Origin: Gemmatimonadota bacterium
GTDB taxonomy: Bacteria; Gemmatimonadota; Gemmatimonadetes; Longimicrobiales; RSA9
Direction of reading: 5' to 3'
Length of the DNA: 18,233 nt
Assembly (NCBI GenBank): GCA_040905425.1
Contig: JBBDRO010000097.1
Span: forward strand, 1 to 18,233
Shown here: positions 8,978-17,148 of the stretch, piece after piece
How positions within the stretch are numbered: position 1 is the stretch's first letter
Layout: each line of letters opens with the position of its first letter
Notes under the pieces: generated by a model
Database searches by the model: none
What the model saw: only the letters and a program-made list of their open reading frames with translations
What the model was told of the DNA's origin: nothing
Position numbers and translations under genes: made by a program

Positions 8978-9697
8978 TCACCGGCACCGCCCCGCCCGAT
9001 AATCCGCCGGCAGGCACTCGAAGGCGCTGCCCGACCAGAGCCCCGCCCCCTCCGCCCGGGCGCTGTCCGCCGCGGCCCGCAGCAGCTCAACGAGTCGCAC
9101 GTTCGGCGGATAGACCGACACCACCGCCATGCCACGCCGCACCAGCGCCCGGTTCACGAGCAGGGAATCCACGTACGCGTATGCGAGCAGCCGCTCGTAG
9201 GGGTCCCGGACCTGCACATCGAACTCCAGGCGCACGCTGTCCCCGGCCGGCAGCAGCAGGGCGGCCGTGTCCCGCGCGGCCGCGCCGTACGGACCCTGAT
9301 CGAGCTCGGGAGTGTCGATGAGGAGCAGGCGGATGCGCTCGCCGCCGTCGCATTCAAAGGTGTCTCCATCGATGACCCGGGCTATGCGGCAGGTGGCGGA
9401 GCCGCCGATGGTGGCCGTGATGGCCCCTCCGCCGGGCGGGCCGCCGCAGCCGCGGGAGCGCGATGGCCGGTAGCCGGCCGCCTCGGCCGTCGCGCGGGTG
9501 GTGAAGCGGCGCAGGTTCTCGGGCTTCAACTGCTGCCAGGCGTCGCAGCCGATCCAGAAGTAGACCTGGCCCTGGCTCGAAGCCACGTAGGCGGTGGCAG
9601 TGTCGGCGGTCTGGGCGTGCAGCGCGCCGGGGGCCGCTGCGGCAGCCAAGAACCACGCGATCCCCACCATAGCGGTGGGCGGCAGCAGGCGGTTCAT
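8978..9697 (-). CDS. Secreted thermonuclease (SNase family) with N-terminal Ada-metal-binding-like domain
   Basis: Signal peptide ends ALHA|Q. SNase motifs RVIDGDT, RIRLLLIDTPE, DPYERLLAY, VNRALVRRGMA and GAGLW. N-domain YVASSQGQVYF..C..PENLRRF..AEAAGYRP. Confidence 0.92.
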   Translation of the reverse strand: MNRLLPPTAMVGIAWFLAAAAAPGALHAQTADTATAYVASSQGQVYFWIGCDAWQQLKPENLRRFTTRATAEAAGYRPSRSRGCGGPPGGGAITATIGGSATCRIARVIDGDTFECDGGERIRLLLIDTPELDQGPYGAAARDTAALLLPAGDSVRLEFDVQVRDPYERLLAYAYVDSLLVNRALVRRGMAVVSVYPPNVRLVELLRAAADSARAEGAGLWSGSAFECLPADYRAGRCR

Positions 9698-9782
9698 TCA
9701 CGTCCCGGGCTCGAGGGTCCAGATTCTCCGTGGATCGACGTAACATACGCCCGCCGTTCACAAAATCGATAGCATCTGTTAT

Positions 9783-9800
9783 TGTACAACATATTGTACA
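9783..9800. promoter_or_regulatory. Operator-like inverted repeat overlapping -10-like hexamers
   Basis: TGTACAA-CATA-TTGTACA. TATTGTACA is also a direct repeat (9780, 9792), giving two TACAAT hexamers on the - strand upstream of the nuclease gene. Confidence 0.5.
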
Positions 9801-10281
9801 CTGAGCCGTACTTGTCTCCCGCCGTCTGCGGGGCCGGCCAGGGTTGGCGCCCTCCAGAGGCATCCCTGCCGGCACACTCCGGGAACGGGCGCGAGCCGCG
9901 TCGGACAATACATGTGTTTGCATGTTCTGACATGCACCCAAGGCCCTGTAGTGACCTGACTTATCAAACATTTCTCACGAGCAACAAACCAAAAAACGGA
10001 TCGACAAGATTCGGCATTCTATAGAATATAGAATATTCTGGCTCAACCACGCGGCCCGGCCCGAAATTTCCAGAGCGTTTGATGACCCCTGGCCATCCCC
10101 GGCGTCCGCGGTTCGCCGCCGCCCACATTTCGGCGCCGGCAGCATTTCGGCGCCGGGCTGGAGCGGTCTTATGCAGCATTGCCCCGAGGCGCCTTGTCAC
10201 ACGCCCCCACTACCGTTTGATTTCCACCGGACCTCGACCCATACCCGAGCCTCGACCTTCGCCCGCGGAGCCTGACCCCGG

Positions 10282-13212
10282 ATGCCCGAACGCACCTTCC
10301 TCGGCTGGGACGCCCCGGCCCTGCCTGCCGCCGTGGCGCACCTCGCGGACCGCTATGCGGATGCGAATGCGGGGGCGCTGACGCTGCGCGACTGCGTGCT
10401 GGCGGTGCCCGGCAAGCGCGCGGGGCGGCGGGTGAAGGAACTGCTGGTGGCTGAGGCCGAGCGGCGCGGGCTCCGTCTGGTGCCACCGCGCGTGACCACG
10501 CCGGGCAGTCTGCCCGAGCTGCTCCGTCCCCCCGCACGACCGGTGGCCAGCGGCGCACTCTGCCGACGGGTCTGGGCCGACACGCTGCGGGCGCTCCGAC
10601 CGGAGCAGGCGGTGCGGCTCTTCGCGGAGGCGCCGGCGGGGGAGGATCTGCGTGGCTGGGTGGCGCTCGGCCGGCAGCTCGAGACGCTGCACCGCGAGGT
10701 GGCGGCCGGCGGGCTCACCTTCCAGGACGTGGCGGAGCGCTGCGGCGGGGAGCTGCTCTTCGACGATTCGCCGCGCTGGCTGCTGCTGGCGGACCTGCAG
10801 GCGGCCTACGCGGAGGCGCTCGAGCGGTTGGGCTTTACGGACCGCTACCTGGCGCGGGTCGCGGCGCTCGATGCGGCGGAGGCGGCGGAGGCGGCGGACG
10901 GCCCCGAGGTGTGGCTGCTGGGGGTGGCCGAGCTGCCGGTGGTGGTGCGGCGGCTGCTCGCGGCGCTGCCTGCGGGGCGGCTGCACGCGCTGATCCACGC
11001 GCCGGCGGACATGGCCGACGCCTTCGACGAGCTGGGCTGCGTGATCCCCGCCTTCTGGACGGACTATCCTGTGCCGGTGGAGGATGGCCAGCTCCTGGTG
11101 GTGGAGGGGCCCGCCGACCAGGCGGCGGCCACGGCCGGCCTGCTGGCGCGGCTCGAGGGGGCGTACAGCGCGGACGAGATCGCCGTGGGCGCGCCGGACG
11201 CGGAGGTGGTTCCTTATCTGGCGGAGCGGCTGGCGGAGGCGGGCGTGCCCGCACGGCACGCGGAGGGGCTGCCGGTGCGGGCCACGGCGCCCTACCGCTT
11301 CCTGGAAGCGGTGGCGGAGGTGCTGGAGGGCGGCAGCGCGGAGGCGTGGGCCGCGCTGGCGCGCCACCCGGACCTGTGGCGCTGGCTGCGGACGGCCGGC
11401 GCAGGGTTCGATCATGCGGGCGCCACGGCCCTCCGTTCGCCAGACGCGTGGCTGGAGCCGCTCGACAGCTACCTGGCGCGGCATCTGCCGGCGCGGCTGG
11501 GTCGGTCGCTCCCGGGCGGGGCGGACGCCCGGGGAAGGGCTGGAGTGGGCGCCCTGGTGCAGGCGGTCGGCGGCCTCACGCGGGCGCTCCGGGGCAGCAA
11601 GCCCGTACGCGAGTGGATGCCGCTGCTCATGGAGCTGCTGCTCGACGTCTACGGCACCCAGCGGCTGAACCGCCACGTCCACGAGGACCGCGTGCTGCTG
11701 GCGGCGTGCACCAAACTGCGTGACGCGGCAGGCGAGTTGGCCGCCGTGGCCACGGCGGCGGACCAGGCGTGCGCGCCGGCCGTGGCCATCCGGATTCTCC
11801 TGGATGACGCGGCGGGGGAGGCTATCGCGCCGGAGCCGGAGGAGGCGGCGGTGGAGATCCTGGGCTGGCTGGAAATGCATCTGGACGACGCGCCCGTGGC
11901 CATACTGACGGGGGTGAACGAGCCCTACCTACCCGCCTCCCTGAACGCCGACCCATTCCTGCCGGATGCCCTGCGCGCCGCCCTGGGGCTGGAGGACAAC
12001 GCCCGCCGGCAGGCCCGCGACGCGTACCAGCTGAGCGCCATCCTTCACACGCGCGCGCACGCGGGGGTGATCGTTGGTCGTCGCTCGGCGGCGGGGGACC
12101 CGCTGCGCCCGAGCCGGCTGGCGCTGGCGGCCACCGGGGCGCCGCTGGCGGAGCGCGTGCGGGCGTTCTTCGGTCACGAGGCGCCCGTGTCCGGTTGGGC
12201 GGCTGCGGCCGGTGGCGCCGGCGCCGAGGGGGACGCCACGCCTGTCTCCGCCTTCCGCCTGCCACCCGATCCCGAACTCCGCGCCGCCGAGCCGATCGAC
12301 CGGCTTGCCGTCACGGCGTTCCGCGGGCTGCTACAAGATCCCTATATGTTTGCTTTGGAACGGGTGCTCGGACTGCATACGCTGGACGACGACGCCCGCG
12401 AGATGGACGGGCTGGTCTTCGGTGACTTCGCCCACAAGGTGCTGGAGCGCTTCGGGCGGAGTGATCTGACAAGTCAAACTGATGTTGGAGTTCTTGCGGC
12501 TGGCCTGGACGGCATCCTGGATACGCTGGCGGAGGCCCGCTTCGGCAACGGCGCGCGCCCGGCCGTGCGCCTGCAACTGGCGCAGCTGCGCGCGCGGCTG
12601 CACGCCTTCGCGAAGTGGCAGGCCGAGCATGCCGCGGCGGGATGGCGGATCGTGGGCGTGGAGTGCGCCACCGAGGATGAGGGCGTGCCCTTCGAGGTGG
12701 ACGGGGCCCCCGTCCACCTGACCGGCCGTGTGGACCGCATCGACTACCACGCCGAGGAAGAGGCCTGGATGGTCCTCGACTATAAGACCGGTGACCGCGC
12801 TCACACCCCCGAGGATACCCACCGGCGCGGCCGGTCCGGGGCCCGGGAATGGGTGGATCTGCAGCTTCCCCTTTACCGGCACATCCTCCCCGCAGTCTGT
12901 GTTGACGCGAACAATCGGCTTGTAACACCCAAGATCGACCATGTTATGTTCGGCTATCTGACGCTTTGCGCGGAGGCCGACCATGTCGGCGCCTGCTTTG
13001 CCGAGTGGAGCGCGGCCGAGCTGGCCGAGGCGGACGAGGCGGCCCGCGGCTGCGTACGCATGCTGCGCAGGAACGTGTTCGCCTGGGAGCCCGGCGCGCG
13101 GGCGTACGCGCACGCCGACGTGAAGGCGCTGCTGGGGGAGGGTCGCCTGCTCTCGCCGGAGGACGAGGTGGACGGGGCGGATGAGCTGGACGTGCTGGGC
13201 GGGGCGAGATGA
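10282..13212 (+). CDS. addB: AddB-like subunit: degenerate helicase scaffold plus C-terminal PD-(D/E)XK (RecB-type) nuclease
   Basis: N-terminal LAVPGKRAGRR..TPGSLPE. Nuclease motifs LTGRVDRID, VLDYKTG and LQLPLY. ATGA overlap with the downstream UvrD-nuclease gene. Confidence 0.85.
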   Translation: MPERTFLGWDAPALPAAVAHLADRYADANAGALTLRDCVLAVPGKRAGRRVKELLVAEAERRGLRLVPPRVTTPGSLPELLRPPARPVASGALCRRVWADTLRALRPEQAVRLFAEAPAGEDLRGWVALGRQLETLHREVAAGGLTFQDVAERCGGELLFDDSPRWLLLADLQAAYAEALERLGFTDRYLARVAALDAAEAAEAADGPEVWLLGVAELPVVVRRLLAALPAGRLHALIHAPADMADAFDELGCVIPAFWTDYPVPVEDGQLLVVEGPADQAAATAGLLARLEGAYSADEIAVGAPDAEVVPYLAERLAEAGVPARHAEGLPVRATAPYRFLEAVAEVLEGGSAEAWAALARHPDLWRWLRTAGAGFDHAGATALRSPDAWLEPLDSYLARHLPARLGRSLPGGADARGRAGVGALVQAVGGLTRALRGSKPVREWMPLLMELLLDVYGTQRLNRHVHEDRVLLAACTKLRDAAGELAAVATAADQACAPAVAIRILLDDAAGEAIAPEPEEAAVEILGWLEMHLDDAPVAILTGVNEPYLPASLNADPFLPDALRAALGLEDNARRQARDAYQLSAILHTRAHAGVIVGRRSAAGDPLRPSRLALAATGAPLAERVRAFFGHEAPVSGWAAAAGGAGAEGDATPVSAFRLPPDPELRAAEPIDRLAVTAFRGLLQDPYMFALERVLGLHTLDDDAREMDGLVFGDFAHKVLERFGRSDLTSQTDVGVLAAGLDGILDTLAEARFGNGARPAVRLQLAQLRARLHAFAKWQAEHAAAGWRIVGVECATEDEGVPFEVDGAPVHLTGRVDRIDYHAEEEAWMVLDYKTGDRAHTPEDTHRRGRSGAREWVDLQLPLYRHILPAVCVDANNRLVTPKIDHVMFGYLTLCAEADHVGACFAEWSAAELAEADEAARGCVRMLRRNVFAWEPGARAYAHADVKALLGEGRLLSPEDEVDGADELDVLGGAR

Positions 13213-16200
13213 GCGCGCACGGGCAGCCGCAGCCGGCGCCGCTCCAGCTCCCCCGCCAGCTCGTGCTGGCCTCGGCCGGCTCGGGCAAGACGTTCCGCAT
13301 CTCCTCGGAGCTCATCCGGCTGCTGGCGCTCGGCCAGGCGCCGGATGAGATCCTTGCCTCCACCTTCACCCGCAAGGCGGCCGGCGAGATCCTGACGCGG
13401 GTGCTGCTGCGCCTGGCCGAGGCGGCCCTGGACGGCGACCAGGCGGCGGAGCTGGCCGGGCACACGGGCATGGGCGCTGTGCCGGGGAGCGCCGAGCCGG
13501 CCTTCTGGTGCGGCGTGCTGGAGCACACCGTCCGCCACCTGCACCGCCTGAACGTGGGCACGCTGGACGCCTTCTTCATGCGCAGCACGCGCAGCTTTGC
13601 GCTGGAGCTGGGCTTTCCGCCACGCTGGACGATCGCCGACGCGGCCGCGCGCCGCCGCCTGCACGAGCTGGCGCTCGGCGACGCCATGGCCGCCGTGGAG
13701 CCGGACCTCCTGGCGGAGGTGATCCACGCCATAGCCGAGGGGCAGGCACGCCGCTCCGTGCACGACAAGCTGCTGGAGGACATCGAGGGCCTGCTCCACG
13801 TGCAGCGCGCCCTGAATCCCGCGGTGGACGATGCCTGGCAGAGTTTCGATACGCTGGCCGGGAAGGGCAGGGCCGAGCCGGAGGCGCGCCCGCCGCTGGC
13901 AGCGGCCATCGCCGCCGCGGAGCCGCCGCGCACCCAAGCGGGCACCCCCAACGTCACCTGGCAGAAGGCGCTCGCGAGGACGGCGGGACTGGTGGCGGAG
14001 GGCCGCTGGAAGGAGCTGCTGCAGGAGACGCTGGTCAAGGCCGCCCGCGACGACGCGGCCTACGCCCGGCACCCTGTCCCGCCCGCCCTCCAGCGGCACT
14101 TCCAGGAGGCCGCGGCGCTGGCCCGCCTGGACCTGGCCGTACGCTACGCGAATGCGTCGCATGCCATGGGGACCTTCGCGCGGGTCTACGAGACGGCGCT
14201 GGAGAAGCGCGCCCGCGCCATGGGCCTCTTCGGCTTCGATGACGTCACGCGCCTGATGGGCGGTGCTTCTCCGCTCGGCGGCCGGCCCGATCTGCACTAC
14301 CGCCTGGACGCGCGCACCCGGCACGTGCTGCTCGACGAGTTCCAGGACACGTCGCTGGCGCAGTGGGAGGCGCTCCAGCCGATCGCCGACGAGCTGCTGG
14401 CCGGCCACGAGGGCGAGCGGGCGGCCGTCATCGTGGCCGATCCCAAGCAGTCCATCTACGGCTGGCGTGGCGGTGCGCCGGAGCTGGTGGACCACATCCG
14501 CGCGCGCTACGAACCCGAGCTGGCCACGCTGGCCCGCAGCTGGCGCTCCAGCCAGGTGGTGCTGGACACCGTGAACCGGGTCTTCGGCGCACTGGACGGG
14601 CTGCCCATCTGGGCGGACGATCCGGCGGGCGCGGAGGAGGCGCGCCGCTGGCTCACCGCCTTCACCCCGCACGAGGCCGAGCACGCGCAACTACGCGGCC
14701 ACGTGCGCATGGTGGTCGGGCCCGCCGACGAGCCGCGCAGCCGGCAGCGCCCCAACCTCTGCCGCGCCGCCGCCGAGCTGGTGGCCGACCTCAGCGCGCG
14801 GCTTCCTGGCCGCTCCATCGGCGTGCTCACGCGCGGCAACGCCGCGGTGGCGCGCATCATCATGGAGCTCCGCCGCCTGGGCGTGCCCACCAGCGAGGAG
14901 GGCGGTACGCCGCTCACTGACGCCGCGCCCGTGGCCACCCTGCTGGCGCTCCTCCGCATGGCCGATCACCCGGGCAACACGGTGGCCCGCTACCACGTGG
15001 CGCGCACCCCGCTCGGCGCCGCGCTGGACTACACCGATCCCACCGATGAGCCCGCCGCGCGCACCCTGGCGCACCAGGTGCGCCACCGCCTGGTGGTGGA
15101 CGGCTACGGGGCCACGCTGGCGGACGTGGCCGGCCGGGTGCTGGACGCGTGTGACGCGCGTGAGCGTCGTCGCTTAGGACAACTCGTGGAGCTGGCGTTC
15201 CGCTACGAGGATCAAGCGACGCTGCGTCCCTCCGACTTCGTCCGCTACGTCCACGCCGAACGCGTGGAGGATCCCACCGCGGCCGACGTGCGTGTGATGA
15301 CCGTGCACCAGTCGAAGGGGCTGGAGTTCGACGCCGTGGTGCTCCCCGAACTGGACGCGCCGCTCACGCAGACGGACGTGCGGCGGCCGCTGACGTACCG
15401 CCCCGAGCCCACCGCACGCGTCACGCGAGTCTTCCCCTACGTGCCCGGGGAACTGCGGACGCTCTTCGCGGATTTGCCCGAGCTGTCCGCCGCCGCCGAC
15501 CAGGCGTACGCCGCCGCCCTGCGCGACGCGCTGTCCACGCTCTACGTGGGGCTGACGCGCGCGCGCCACGCCGTGCACGTCATCGTGAAGCCGGATGGCA
15601 GGAGCGGTCGGGGCAGCGCGAAGACGGCCGCGCGGGTTCTGCGCGAGGCGCTGTGCGGGGAGGAGGAGGCCGTGGAGGGTGCGGTGCTGTATGAGGCGGG
15701 GGAGGCGGATTGGTATGGTGCGGGTGCGGGTGAGGCGGATCCGGCCGCCGCGCCGGTTGGGGCCGCCGCACCGGTTGGGGCCGCCGCACCCGCGCGCGTG
15801 GCCCTCCGCCGCGACCCGCACCGCACGCGTGTGCTGCCGCGCCACAGCCCCTCGGAGCTGGAGGGCGGCACGCACGTGGATCTCTCCCTGGTGCTCCGCC
15901 TGGGCACCACCGCGGCGCTCTCCCGCGGCTCGGTGGCGCACGCCTGGTTCGAGCGCATCGGCTGGCTGGAGGATGGCGTGCCCGCGCGCGCGGCGCTGCT
16001 GGCGTGCGGACGGGCGGCCGCGCCGGACATGGAGGGCGTCGAGCTGGCGGCGCTGCTGGAGCGCTTCATGGGTTGGCTGGAGGAACCGGGGCTTCGCGAC
16101 CGGTTGTCGCGCAGCCGCTTTCCGGCGGAGGTGGAAGTGGAGTTGGAGCGCGAGCTGCCCTTCATCCGGCGCGAGGCGGACGCCCTCATGGAGGGCGCCA

Positions 16201-16436
16201 TCGACCGGCTGGTGGTCGTCCGCCAGGCTGGGCGCCCGGTGGCGGCGGAGGTCCTGGACTACAAGACGGATGCCCTCGAGCCCGGCAACGAGGCCGGCCT
16301 CCGCCACCGCGTGGAGCACTACCAGCCGCAGATGGCGGCCTACCGGCGCGCGGTGGCGGAGATGTACGCACTGGAGGCCAGCGCGGTGCGGGGCGCGCTG
16401 GCCTTCGTGGAGTGCGGGGTGGTGGTGGAGCTCTGA
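13209..16436 (+). CDS. addA: AddA-like UvrD (SF1A) helicase with C-terminal RecB-type nuclease
   Basis: Walker A ASAGSGKT, TFTRKAAGE, DEFQD, DPKQSIYGWRG, SWRS, TVHQSKGLEF, LYVGLTRA. Nuclease motifs EGAIDRL, VLDYKT and QMAAY. Confidence 0.92.
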   Translation: MSAHGQPQPAPLQLPRQLVLASAGSGKTFRISSELIRLLALGQAPDEILASTFTRKAAGEILTRVLLRLAEAALDGDQAAELAGHTGMGAVPGSAEPAFWCGVLEHTVRHLHRLNVGTLDAFFMRSTRSFALELGFPPRWTIADAAARRRLHELALGDAMAAVEPDLLAEVIHAIAEGQARRSVHDKLLEDIEGLLHVQRALNPAVDDAWQSFDTLAGKGRAEPEARPPLAAAIAAAEPPRTQAGTPNVTWQKALARTAGLVAEGRWKELLQETLVKAARDDAAYARHPVPPALQRHFQEAAALARLDLAVRYANASHAMGTFARVYETALEKRARAMGLFGFDDVTRLMGGASPLGGRPDLHYRLDARTRHVLLDEFQDTSLAQWEALQPIADELLAGHEGERAAVIVADPKQSIYGWRGGAPELVDHIRARYEPELATLARSWRSSQVVLDTVNRVFGALDGLPIWADDPAGAEEARRWLTAFTPHEAEHAQLRGHVRMVVGPADEPRSRQRPNLCRAAAELVADLSARLPGRSIGVLTRGNAAVARIIMELRRLGVPTSEEGGTPLTDAAPVATLLALLRMADHPGNTVARYHVARTPLGAALDYTDPTDEPAARTLAHQVRHRLVVDGYGATLADVAGRVLDACDARERRRLGQLVELAFRYEDQATLRPSDFVRYVHAERVEDPTAADVRVMTVHQSKGLEFDAVVLPELDAPLTQTDVRRPLTYRPEPTARVTRVFPYVPGELRTLFADLPELSAAADQAYAAALRDALSTLYVGLTRARHAVHVIVKPDGRSGRGSAKTAARVLREALCGEEEAVEGAVLYEAGEADWYGAGAGEADPAAAPVGAAAPVGAAAPARVALRRDPHRTRVLPRHSPSELEGGTHVDLSLVLRLGTTAALSRGSVAHAWFERIGWLEDGVPARAALLACGRAAAPDMEGVELAALLERFMGWLEEPGLRDRLSRSRFPAEVEVELERELPFIRREADALMEGAIDRLVVVRQAGRPVAAEVLDYKTDALEPGNEAGLRHRVEHYQPQMAAYRRAVAEMYALEASAVRGALAFVECGVVVEL
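15744..15790 (+). repeat. 18-nt tandem repeat (about 2.6 units) in the helicase-nuclease linker
   Basis: GCCGCCGC(G/A)CCGGTTGGG twice plus a partial unit, encoding AAAPVG AAAPVG AAAP. Confidence 0.85.
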
Positions 16437-16511
16437 GACAGTACCGGCGCCGCCCCCTTTTCGTTATCTTCCACGGTCAGCAACGCCCCGCTTCCGCGAC
16501 CCAGGATGAAC

Positions 16512-16904
16512 ATGGCCGACGCATCCAGCCCGCCCCCGCAGGATTTCGTGGTCAAGACCGCCTCCCTTTACGCCCGCGCGGGCTTCGACGGCGGTGACCT
16601 GCTGCGGCCCGCGTTCCCCACGCTCGGTGCCGGGGATCTGCGTGCGCTGCTGGTGGGTGTCATCCATCACTACGTCATCCCCGTGCTCGATCAGAGCGTC
16701 CAGACGCTGCAGATCCCCACCGGCCACAACCCTCTCCGGGCCGCCAGTGTGGACGGCGTCAGCGTGCGCTGGACCACCGCCGAGCACGGCAACGGCCCGC
16801 CCCTCACGCCGGCCACGGTGACGGTGACCATGGAGCAGGTGCTGGCCGCCGCGAAGCGGCTGCGCATCGCGGTCGTCCCCGCCTCCGCCGAGGCGAGCGC
16901 CTAG
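16512..16904 (+). CDS. Hypothetical protein (~130 aa; alternative start 16506)
   Basis: ORF with genome-typical codon usage between addA and the metK promoter. Contains GFDGGD and HNPLRA..VDG segments. Function unknown. Confidence 0.75.
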   Translation: MADASSPPPQDFVVKTASLYARAGFDGGDLLRPAFPTLGAGDLRALLVGVIHHYVIPVLDQSVQTLQIPTGHNPLRAASVDGVSVRWTTAEHGNGPPLTPATVTVTMEQVLAAAKRLRIAVVPASAEASA

Positions 16905-16946
16905 CGGGAGCCAGAGGCCCGGGTGACGCCGCCAGGCCGCCTCCGC

Positions 16947-16976
16947 TTGCCCCGTCCGGGCAGCAAGGTATATTGT
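16947..16976 (+). promoter_or_regulatory. Putative sigma70 promoter of the metK leader
   Basis: TTGCCC (16947-16952) with TATATT (16969-16974) or TATTGT (16971-16976). This places the TSS at about 16981, just before the aptamer P1. Confidence 0.6.
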
Positions 16977-16982
16977 TACGAA

Positions 16983-17085
16983 CAGGCAGCATTTAGCCGC
17001 GAGACAGCGGCTACCTACTTGGCCGGCCTGACCCCTACGCCGCGGCAATGCCGTGTGCCGCGGGGTCGAACAGGGACTAAAGGGT
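16983..17085 (+). ncRNA. Putative SAM-II/SAM-V-class riboswitch aptamer with long, hairpin-containing loops
   Basis: P1 CAGGC(16983-87)/GCCUG(17026-30), with motif order CAUUU..CUUG..ACUAAAGGG as in SAM-II/V. Inserted hairpins AGCCGC/GCGGCU and CCGCGGCA/UGCCGCGG. Located directly upstream of metK. Confidence 0.72.
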
Positions 17086-17092
17086 GACGCGT

Positions 17093-17130
17093 ACGACCTG
17101 CGATCACCGGTGATCGCAGGTCGTTTTTTT
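17093..17130 (+). terminator. Intrinsic terminator (attenuator) in the metK leader
   Basis: Perfect 32-nt palindrome ACGACCTGCGATCACC-GGTGATCGCAGGTCGT running into T7 (17124-17130), 18 nt before the metK start. Confidence 0.9.
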
Positions 17131-17148
17131 ATGCATGGAGGGGTGCCC

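Noticed and set aside
10010..10045. dif site
   Set aside because: AT-rich and palindromic, but there is no XerD arm resembling TTATGTTAAAT/TTATGTAAACT.
9740..10080. Replication origin
   Set aside because: Only one poor DnaA-box-like sequence (TTATCAAAC, 9961) and no dnaA/dnaN context.
10126..10156. CRISPR array
   Set aside because: Only two 14-nt repeats 3 nt apart, with no spacers and no cas genes.
12331..12966. Diversity-generating retroelement variable region
   Set aside because: No template repeat or reverse transcriptase in the window, and the differences cannot be shown to be adenine-specific.
16981..17090. SAM-I (S-box) riboswitch
   Set aside because: Lacks the AUC..GAG, kink-turn, GCAACC and GUGC core of SAM-I. 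The SAM-II/V pattern fits better.
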